A stretch of DNA of 64,000 bases. It comes from a virus. Below are positions 1-6,592 of this stretch, piece after piece. The position numbers and the translations under genes are program-made. The stretch is taken from the IMG/VR virus record IMGVR_UViG_3300050821_007134, positions 96,001 through 160,000 of that record. One strand, given 5' to 3'. How positions within the stretch are numbered: position 1 is the stretch's first letter; each line of letters opens with the position of its first letter. The notes below the pieces were generated by a model. The model did no database searches. It was given only the letters and a program-made list of their open reading frames with translations, and was not told where the DNA came from.

Positions 1-512
1 CAAAGGAAAAATTGGCCAAAACCCTAGATGCTGGTTCTATGATGGCTCCGCCTGCCGGATTATCTGGAGGCGCCGCATTACAATCTGAAAGCCTCGGCGG
101 GAAAATGCAAAATACTTCCTTTGGTATGAAATCCAAAGAAAAGAAAAATAAGTGGCTTGCTCGCGCTGAAGAAGAATATCAGGTTTGGAGCAAGAAAGAA
201 GAATTCTCTGGCTTCATGCAGCAAAAACTCCCTAACTTTAAAAAACATGAAATCGATGCAATTGGTCGAACTGTCGCCCTCAAAAAGGGTATGGCCGAAT
301 CAAAAAAATGGCTCGCTAAGTTTGGATACTCTGAAGATGGCGTTCCTTCTGGCACAATGGGCCAAAATACTCCCGGCGGAAGCGCTATTGCCAAATCAGA
401 TATTATGATGGCTTCAGAACGAAGTAAAAACGAAATGCGCAAATTCTTCTCCAAAGCCATAAATGAACAAGCCAAAGATTTAAAGACAAAAGATATCAAC
501 GAATTATGTTAA
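1..512 (+). CDS. C-terminal part of a phage protein (5'-truncated), possibly prohead protease/scaffold-related
   Basis: Frame is open from the window edge to TAA at 510-512. Function is guessed only from the 'KTLDAGS..APPAGLSGGAALQSESL' segment. Confidence 0.35.
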   Translation, partial: KEKLAKTLDAGSMMAPPAGLSGGAALQSESLGGKMQNTSFGMKSKEKKNKWLARAEEEYQVWSKKEEFSGFMQQKLPNFKKHEIDAIGRTVALKKGMAESKKWLAKFGYSEDGVPSGTMGQNTPGGSAIAKSDIMMASERSKNEMRKFFSKAINEQAKDLKTKDINELC

Positions 513-656
513 TCGTGCGGTGGGGATGGACCCGCGTGCCAACGAAGCATCCGTAAGGGTGGACGATCTCAATCCGCAGACCACGTTGGACAGATTTCGT
601 AGAGCCATATGATTGAGGGCGACTACGATAGCCGGAATCAAGCCCGGCACACGGTT
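511..656 (+). ncRNA. Structured RNA resembling the manA RNA motif (tRNA-like ends, pseudoknotted core)
   Basis: GC-rich intergenic stretch. Helices: AATCGTG/CACGGTT (511-517/650-656), GTGGG-GATGGA-CCCGC, CCAACG/CGTTGG (539-544/584-589), CATCC-GTAA-GGGTG, CTCAATC/GATTGAG (568-574/611-617), TCGTAG/CTACGA (597-602/623-628) and T-arm-like GCCGG-AATCAAGC-CCGGC. A terminator follows. The family match is from memory of manA sequences. Confidence 0.65.
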
Positions 657-659
657 TAG

Positions 660-684
660 GCCCGCCAGTGATGGCGGGTTTTTT
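660..684 (+). terminator. Rho-independent terminator
   Basis: CCCGCCA-GTGA-TGGCGGG hairpin followed by TTTTTT. Confidence 0.9.
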
Positions 685-685
685 C

Positions 686-713
686 TTGCCTTTTTCTAAA
701 TTAGCGCTATACT
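686..713 (+). promoter_or_regulatory. sigma70-type promoter upstream of the ligase
   Basis: TTGCCT-N16-TATACT immediately after the terminator. Confidence 0.55.
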
Positions 714-748
714 GGTTTCATGGAGTTAGTTCCATTATAGGGGTCAAA

Positions 749-1942
749 ATGAAGAATTTTCCTACTCTTTACAAGAAAACATCAACAGGCGCGATTCAGT
801 TTTGGACAATAGCAACATGGTTTGGACGGGAATCTGAAACTGGAGACGACGCACAGGATTATACGGCAAGTATCATAACTACCTATGGCCAGCTTGGAAC
901 AGACAGTCCACAAGTGACTCACGACAAAATCAAAGAAGGTAAAAACAAAGGTAAGAAGAATGAAACTTCAGCCGAACAACAGGCCGATGCAGAAGCTCAA
1001 GCTAAATGGGAAAAACAAAAGAAAAAGGGCTATGTTGAAACCAAAGAAGAAGCTGAAGCTGGTACCGTGGATGCTATCATTGAAGGCGGCATCGTGCCTA
1101 TGTTGGCTCACAAATTCAGAGATCAAGGACATAAAATAAAATATCCCGCATTCGCTCAACCTAAATTGGACGGCCATCGTTGCATTGCTATTGTAAAAGA
1201 CAGCCAAGTTTCTCTTTGGTCACGTACTCGTAAGAGAATCACTTCCATGCCACATATCGAGGCTGAAATTGCTGAAATATTTAAGGCTAGCGCTGACGGC
1301 ACAACTTACAATGCCATTTTGGATGGCGAGCTTTACAACCATGACTTTAAAAAGGATTTCGAAAAAATAACATCTGCCATTAGAAAAGAAAAACCAGAAG
1401 AAGGCTATTTGAACGTTCAATATCATATCTATGATATGGATAGAAATGGCGATTTCGAAGACAGAACTCGTACTCTGCGCGGAATAATGACAATTCATGA
1501 AGATAGAAATGGACCATTCAAGTATTTGAAGCGTGTAACTACTCAATGGGTAGAAAATGAAGAACAGCTCATGGAATTTTTTGAAGCATCTCTAGTTCAA
1601 GGATACGAGGGCGCGATGGTTCGGAATGCCGCAGGAGAATATGAAAACAAACGTTCCTACAATTTATTAAAAATCAAGGAGTTCGATGATGCAGAGTTCC
1701 CAATTATTGGAATTGAAGAAGGGCGTGGAAAGCTTGCCGGGCACGCAATTTTTATTTGTCGGGATGGAAAAGGAAAGGAATTTTCTGCTAAAATGCGCGG
1801 AGACACATCGAAACTTAAAGAATTCTTCGATAACCGATCGCTGTGGGATGGAAAAATGCTCACTGTGCAATATCAAGGGCTTACAGGCAAGGAAGGCGTT
1901 CCTAGATTTCCTGTTGGGGTACGTATAAGGGAGGACGCATGA
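749..1942 (+). CDS. lig: ATP-dependent DNA ligase with N-terminal WGR-like domain
   Basis: Motif I QPKLDGHR, ILDGELY, EGAMVR, LLKIK and a C-terminal OB fold ending PRFPV. Start moved to ATG 749 behind a GGGG SD. Confidence 0.95.
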   Translation: MKNFPTLYKKTSTGAIQFWTIATWFGRESETGDDAQDYTASIITTYGQLGTDSPQVTHDKIKEGKNKGKKNETSAEQQADAEAQAKWEKQKKKGYVETKEEAEAGTVDAIIEGGIVPMLAHKFRDQGHKIKYPAFAQPKLDGHRCIAIVKDSQVSLWSRTRKRITSMPHIEAEIAEIFKASADGTTYNAILDGELYNHDFKKDFEKITSAIRKEKPEEGYLNVQYHIYDMDRNGDFEDRTRTLRGIMTIHEDRNGPFKYLKRVTTQWVENEEQLMEFFEASLVQGYEGAMVRNAAGEYENKRSYNLLKIKEFDDAEFPIIGIEEGRGKLAGHAIFICRDGKGKEFSAKMRGDTSKLKEFFDNRSLWDGKMLTVQYQGLTGKEGVPRFPVGVRIREDA

Positions 1943-2067
1943 GTCCTGTAGTGATTAAACTTATCTTAGTTTTCTTTTTGAGTTTACTCGCTTTTAGCGT
2001 TGGCACTTTCGTTGGAAAGCAATTTTCAGATTCTCAAAGTAGAATTGAAGAACTGGAAGGAAAATGA
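1939..2067 (+). CDS. 42-aa single-pass membrane peptide (not in the ORF track)
   Basis: MSPVVIKLILVFFLSLLAFSVGTFVGKQFSDSQSRIEELEGK; GGAGG SD; ATGA overlaps with both neighbours. Confidence 0.8.
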   Translation: MSPVVIKLILVFFLSLLAFSVGTFVGKQFSDSQSRIEELEGK

Positions 2068-2309
2068 GACAGATAGATAATAAAGAAGCAAAAGATATTG
2101 CTATTAGGATAGTTTTTGTCCTTTTACTTGGAGTTGCATCCTTTTATATTGGAACTCTTGTTGGCAAACAATATTCAGAAGGTTATCAAAAAGAATTAGC
2201 CGATAGAGCCGCCATGGATGAACGAGAAAGAGACACAACCAAACTGATCGATGATGAAATCAAATCAATCAGTAAATCCATCCAAGAAATTGAAAAGGTC
2301 AATAAATGA
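2064..2309 (+). CDS. Single-pass membrane protein with coiled coil, paralogue of the upstream peptide
   Basis: IVFVLLLGVASFYIGTLVGKQYSE versus LVFFLSLLAFSVGTFVGKQFSD. Confidence 0.75.
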   Translation: MRQIDNKEAKDIAIRIVFVLLLGVASFYIGTLVGKQYSEGYQKELADRAAMDERERDTTKLIDDEIKSISKSIQEIEKVNK

Positions 2310-2692
2310 AAAATGTAGTCTTTAAAGATGTGGTAATTTTAAGGATCGATGGAGAAGCAGATCTTTTTGGACAAAGTTTTGCTATCAATTCAGAAGTTAA
2401 GATTCCCACAGAACTACCTGTCTATTGCTCTGTTCCAATGCAATACGTTGCTATTGCAAAAAATGTAAAGCGCATCGACTCAGTAGTAGTCGCAGATATT
2501 CACGTTTATAATGAATGTAAAATACCCATTGAAGTCTTGAGACACTTAAAACCCTGCATTTCTGGCTTTTGTAAAAGTCAGAATAAAGTAGTCGAGCAAG
2601 CAGAAATAAAGTCCATAGATCTTACACCTTACAATGCAGATAAAAGAATTGAATCCTTAGTCAACTATACATTTGTTTGGATGGAGGAGTAA
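2306..2692 (+). CDS. Hypothetical protein
   Basis: 128-aa ORF translationally coupled to the upstream gene. Confidence 0.65.
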   Translation: MKNVVFKDVVILRIDGEADLFGQSFAINSEVKIPTELPVYCSVPMQYVAIAKNVKRIDSVVVADIHVYNECKIPIEVLRHLKPCISGFCKSQNKVVEQAEIKSIDLTPYNADKRIESLVNYTFVWMEE

Positions 2693-2898
2693 TGTTGTCT
2701 TGGAAAGAAAAATTACTTTGCCTTATGGCTTCTCTAGCCATTAACTTTTTGATTATTTGGTTTTTCGCTAGAGTCGTCAGACCAGCAATTAAAGAAGCCG
2801 TTCAAGGTGCATTCATAATGATGGGACAAGATGTTAGACGTGAAATTCCCGCCCGCTCGGACCAGGCGCCCGTAAGTCCACATGAACCCACGAAGTAG
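2692..2898 (+). CDS. Small membrane protein (possible holin/spanin-like role, unproven)
   Basis: GGAGG SD; one hydrophobic helix; convergent with and overlapping the endolysin gene. Confidence 0.5.
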   Translation: MLSWKEKLLCLMASLAINFLIIWFFARVVRPAIKEAVQGAFIMMGQDVRREIPARSDQAPVSPHEPTK

Positions 2899-3385
2899 TC
2901 CCAAATTCCATTCGAATTCCTAATTCCTCAAGTCTTGGTCTCAGAATATCTTTAATTTGGTCAATCGTTAGATGGGGAGCGCAATCAAAGTCACAGGCAA
3001 TGCTCATGGAGTGAACATCATGAACTGGAGCGATATTTTGACTCGCATTGTAATCCTGGGATCTGAAGATACAATGTATGTTCATGGGAAACCCAAGTAT
3101 CTCTCTTATTTGATCTAACTTAACACATAGGTTAAGTAATTGTGTGGAATCGTATCCGTCGGCCTCGGTCGCCAAACGATTCCAATTATGAAGTAAGAGG
3201 CAGTTATTTACGGAGAAGTATTTTGACACTATGCATTCAGGATTGGACCAATCCAGGGAATTCATATCGGGAGCTTGAATTGGGGCCGGGGCGGGCGCCG
3301 CTGGAGCTGGAGTGCCTAAAAGTTTTTGCTGGAGCAGAGAAAGCCCAGCACTGATAATTTTGCTCCATATGTCATTATTAGCCAT
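2834..3385 (-). CDS. Peptidase M15A-family zinc peptidase, likely endolysin
   Basis: 'FRSQDYN...HSMSIACD...WVHVD' is the Hx6D...HxD signature of M15 enzymes. Start MANNDIW behind a GAGG SD. Confidence 0.8.
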   Translation of the reverse strand: MANNDIWSKIISAGLSLLQQKLLGTPAPAAPAPAPIQAPDMNSLDWSNPECIVSKYFSVNNCLLLHNWNRLATEADGYDSTQLLNLCVKLDQIREILGFPMNIHCIFRSQDYNASQNIAPVHDVHSMSIACDFDCAPHLTIDQIKDILRPRLEELGIRMEFGTTSWVHVDLRAPGPSGREFHV

Positions 3386-3394
3386 AAAAACCTC

Positions 3395-3423
3395 TTGATT
3401 ACAAGTAGAGTATATCCTATAAT
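3395..3423 (+). promoter_or_regulatory. sigma70-type promoter
   Basis: TTGATT-N17-TATAAT ahead of GGAGG and ATG 3444. Confidence 0.7.
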
Positions 3424-3594
3424 TAAGATTCACGGAGGCCAAAATGAAGAAAGAAATGTCACTATGGGTCAGAATTACTGAGGACGGACGGGTTATTTGG
3501 TCCGCCGGTAAGAAAGAATGGCTTAGTAATCCCGAATCTCTTAAGGGAAGAGAAATGTATGATGTTGAATTAAAAGGAGAATACGAGGTTCCAG

Positions 3595-3858
3595 ATGAAA
3601 AAGAAATCAGGAGTTGAAGAAGGTGACGTAATTTTATTGACTGATGGTCGATTGGCCAGAGTCACTAGTCCTATGCAGGGCAGTATAGATTTCTACTTTA
3701 TGATGCAATTTATCGACACTAATGGCGAAACAATGCAATTAGACGACGGAACACTGGATATCGACAGAAATCTCGGCCAATCTGAAGAGATTTTGGCTAA
3801 TTTTTATGCGGCGCGCAGTATTCACCTTCGTTTAAATGACGCAAAATTGTTCTCATGA
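3595..3858 (+). CDS. Hypothetical protein
   Basis: 87-aa ORF in a coupled chain. Confidence 0.6.
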   Translation: MKKKSGVEEGDVILLTDGRLARVTSPMQGSIDFYFMMQFIDTNGETMQLDDGTLDIDRNLGQSEEILANFYAARSIHLRLNDAKLFS

Positions 3859-4178
3859 GACTGAAGCTCTATTTCCTTCCAGACCAGACTCCGATTCAAA
3901 TGGATTGGAATAAGAAGGTATTGGACTTTCCTAAAATTGTAAATTACAAATATAGGAATTGGGAATGGTTCATGTACAACCCTTTGGATAGTGCCGGTAC
4001 CGAATGGGAGCTTAAATTTACTGAGTTGAAAATTTATGACCCCAGAGCTTTAGAATGCCATCCAACCTTATCGGAAGTTATGGATGATGCGGCAAGTTAT
4101 AAATGTGATTGCGGGGCCGAGAAGAATCCTGACACTGGTGGCCATTGGCAATTTTGCAAATTGTATAAGAAAAATTAA
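3855..4178 (+). CDS. Hypothetical protein with C-terminal CxC..H..C cluster
   Basis: ATGA overlap; 'CDCG...HWQFC'. Confidence 0.6.
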   Translation: MRLKLYFLPDQTPIQMDWNKKVLDFPKIVNYKYRNWEWFMYNPLDSAGTEWELKFTELKIYDPRALECHPTLSEVMDDAASYKCDCGAEKNPDTGGHWQFCKLYKKN

Positions 4179-4179
4179 A

Positions 4180-4193
4180 AGTTGTGATATATT
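4180..4193 (+). promoter_or_regulatory. Extended -10 promoter (TGn-TATATT) for the tRNA/large RNA unit
   Basis: AGTTGTGATATATT ends 6 nt before the tRNA; the 13-mer AGTTGTGATATAT recurs upstream of groEL. Confidence 0.55.
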
Positions 4194-4198
4194 ATTTG

Positions 4199-4281
4199 TG
4201 CGGGATAACTGGAGAACTGGTTGCACCAGACTGGCCTCATAAGCCAGAATACGAAGGGCCATGCTACTTCTCCCGCAACCA
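4199..4281 (+). tRNA. tRNA-Met(CAU)-like, with non-canonical D and T loops and encoded CCA
   Basis: Acceptor TGCGGGA/TCCCGCA + A-CCA; D stem CTGG/CCAG; anticodon arm CTGGC-CTCATAA-GCCAG; T stem GAAG/CTTC but the loop GGCCATGCTA lacks TTCRA. Confidence 0.8.
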
Positions 4282-4291
4282 AATCATTACG

Positions 4292-4933
4292 AATTGAGCC
4301 TGTGGGATGGCCGCCCACGGTCACAGCGCGGATAGGAGGCCCCCATTGCAAAAGATGGAAATATGTGATCCCGCGACGTGTAGTCCTACGATTATTGGCT
4401 AATTCTACAGTAGACGTAGCCCAGCGACGATACACGTCTGGGTTGGCTGCCAGAGCCGAGATTCACTGGACGCTACGGGAAATGCAAGTCCTCAAGATTG
4501 GCGACACAAGCTTGGGGGATGACAAATCAAGTTTCTAGGCGCTGTCGGGGTTGATCGCCCGCAAGCCTAAAAGAGGTACAACTGCGCCCTCGGAGGGGTT
4601 GAAATCCCTGGCAGTGATATTTCACGAGCTATCCCACGGTGACCTCGGTGGGAGTAAGAGATAACCGGGTACTGGGTCTATTCTGTTGGTAGCTTACTGC
4701 ATAAGGAATAGATGATACGGTGAGAGGTCCATAAATCAAAGGCGGCGCTGACAGTGAAGCGCTAAGGTAAGTCGGACAACTAGGCCATAAAGATCGTACA
4801 CCGAAAGTCAAACACGGGGACGCCCGTTAGTGAACGAATAGAAAACGGTGACCTTTGGCCATAATCAGGTGACTATACTCGTGCGCGAGCCAATTCCTGA
4901 TCCCTACAGGCGGTCCGCAAGGGCCGCCCAATT
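4292..4933 (+). ncRNA. Large (~640 nt) ornate structured ncRNA, ROOL/GOLLD-class candidate
   Basis: Long GC-rich gap with no credible gene in a gene-dense genome. Ends pair (GCCTGTGGGA 4298-4307 / TCCCTACAGGC 4901-4911; AATTG/CAATT). Many internal helices and a 3' GGCGGTCC-GCAA-GGGCCGCC hairpin. Directly follows a tRNA. Confidence 0.75.
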
Positions 4934-4943
4934 TTGAGGCTTT

Positions 4944-5138
4944 ATGACTGGAATGATGCATAGTAGACGAAGAACTCCCACATGTTGCAAATGTTATGTT
5001 TGCAAATGCAAATGCCACAGAAAATTGACTCCCAAGCAAATAAGAGCCCAAAAAAGAGAATTGATTATTTGTTTTGCCTTATTGGGAGTGTGTGTTTTAG
5101 GTTTGATTTGGCTGCATTTTCATTACGGTGTTTCTTGA
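4944..5138 (+). CDS. Small Cys-rich single-pass membrane protein
   Basis: GAGG SD; CCKCYVCKCKCH, then a basic stretch and a C-terminal TM helix. Confidence 0.55.
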   Translation: MTGMMHSRRRTPTCCKCYVCKCKCHRKLTPKQIRAQKRELIICFALLGVCVLGLIWLHFHYGVS

Positions 5139-5890
5139 GCGCTATATTGATTATGATTTTCTTTAATATAAGCGATTTTGCCTTTTTTATTGAATCCAAA
5201 GCCCCTAGCCAAATAAGTCAAAGTACATCGACAATGAGGATGAAGCCCAAATGCAGAGGGTGTATCATCGCCTCGCTTATGATATGACTGCTTTAATTCG
5301 CTGAACTTCCATACTCTGGGAGTAACTCCATCAGGCATCATATGAAGTCTTAAACATTCTTTACAAGTAGTAGAGTCTCGGACAATCACAAAAAATACCA
5401 AGGGATCTGAATCGTTGATACTCGAAGCTACTCGGGTAATATCCATCATTCTGCCAACATTACGAATTTTTGTACTTTCAGATTCAGCGATTAGTTTCAT
5501 ATGAGCTTTAGCTTTTCGCATTTCTTCAGAAACGACGGCTTGAATTGCTTTGTCATCAACTTTGTCGCCCTTAGCCTTAGCCTCTTTGATTAGTCCATCA
5601 ATGCTTTCCGTGAGGTTAGACTGAGTACGACTCTTGAGAGAATCAATATAGCCGTAAGTGCTTTCTAGCATAGACTTAAGAGCATCTTGTTCAAACATAT
5701 TGGGATTTTTATTAGCCATGGATTGAACGAATAAGTGTGCGAGACCTAAGTTCTTCTGACCAGAAATTGCAAGATATTTTTTATGGGCTAGACGTGGGAT
5801 ATGGCCAAGGAAGCTCAAAGCCAGTTTGTCGAACATGTCCTCAATTATGGTTTTGATAGCGTCTTTACCGCTACTGGACATGCCGATCAT
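5123..5890 (-). CDS. Head morphogenesis / minor head protein (Mu gpF/SPP1 gp7-like C-terminus)
   Basis: 'D..TCKEC...LHPHCRC' motif; lies downstream of the portal. Confidence 0.7.
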   Translation of the reverse strand: MIGMSSSGKDAIKTIIEDMFDKLALSFLGHIPRLAHKKYLAISGQKNLGLAHLFVQSMANKNPNMFEQDALKSMLESTYGYIDSLKSRTQSNLTESIDGLIKEAKAKGDKVDDKAIQAVVSEEMRKAKAHMKLIAESESTKIRNVGRMMDITRVASSINDSDPLVFFVIVRDSTTCKECLRLHMMPDGVTPRVWKFSELKQSYHKRGDDTPSAFGLHPHCRCTLTYLARGFGFNKKGKIAYIKENHNQYSAQETP

Positions 5891-5893
5891 TTG

Positions 5894-6592
5894 TTAGTCC
5901 TTTTTCAGGCCTTCAACAGAAATAATATTGGAGACAGACTTTTGTACTTTAGATTCTTCGGCAGCCCATGACTTCATGATTCCGTCGACCATTTTCTCTT
6001 GCATGTTAAGAGCTTTTGTTTGGTTTGAATCAAGATTATGAGAAGCTACCATTCCAATTTTAAAATTGTGTTTGGCAGGACCCTTTAAAGCTTTTGCAAT
6101 TGCAGGAATTGCGGCTTGTGACTTTTTAAGGCCTTCATATTGAGTCTTTTTTAAATTGTAGGCTCTTTCGAATTCACTTTTTTTAAGATAGAATTCTTTT
6201 ATTCCAGCGATAGATTTCTTAATTTCTTCTTCACCGCCAGGAGCAGAAGCCGATCCAGGTTGAGAAACGATACCTTCAAGTTTTGCAATATGTTGATCAA
6301 GTTCCGATTGATTTGGGCCAGCCATTTGAGGTTCACCTTCGCCTGGAGGTTGCTGACCTTCTTGGCCTGGTTCTTGACCTTCTTCTCCGGGCTGTCCGCC
6401 TTCGATAGGATTACCATTTTCATCTACTTGTTGGCCAGCGGCAGCGGCCTGTGCATCTGCGGCAGCTTGAACAGCTTGGTCCATCTGAGCATCTTTGCCA
6501 CCCTGTTCGTAACCAAGGCGAAAAGCCATGTCCATAGACTCTGTAAATTTAAGTCTTAAAGCATGATATTTCTTTTTATAATCGACTTCCAT
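5894..6592 (-). CDS. Hypothetical head-module protein with Q/E/G/P-rich linker
   Basis: Lies between portal and head morphogenesis gene; start probably MEVDYKK. Confidence 0.6.
   Translation of the reverse strand: MEVDYKKKYHALRLKFTESMDMAFRLGYEQGGKDAQMDQAVQAAADAQAAAAGQQVDENGNPIEGGQPGEEGQEPGQEGQQPPGEGEPQMAGPNQSELDQHIAKLEGIVSQPGSASAPGGEEEIKKSIAGIKEFYLKKSEFERAYNLKKTQYEGLKKSQAAIPAIAKALKGPAKHNFKIGMVASHNLDSNQTKALNMQEKMVDGIMKSWAAEESKVQKSVSNIISVEGLKKD

Noticed and set aside
668-748. N-terminal extension of the ligase in the ORF track
   Set aside because: It runs through a terminator and promoter; ATG 749 has the SD and starts the conserved sequence.
4292-4933. Group I intron, RNase P RNA or tmRNA as the identity of the large RNA
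   Set aside because: No interrupted exon, and the GACTA-like element has no downstream S partner. No GAGGAAAGTCC P4 motif. No tmRNA-type T-arm/CCA 3' end.
4068-5051. ORFs 4068-4262, 4175-4435, 4221-4538, 4629-4811 and 4827-5051
   Set aside because: They overlap the tRNA and structured RNA, lack convincing SD sequences or coupling, and have atypical composition; treated as shadow ORFs.
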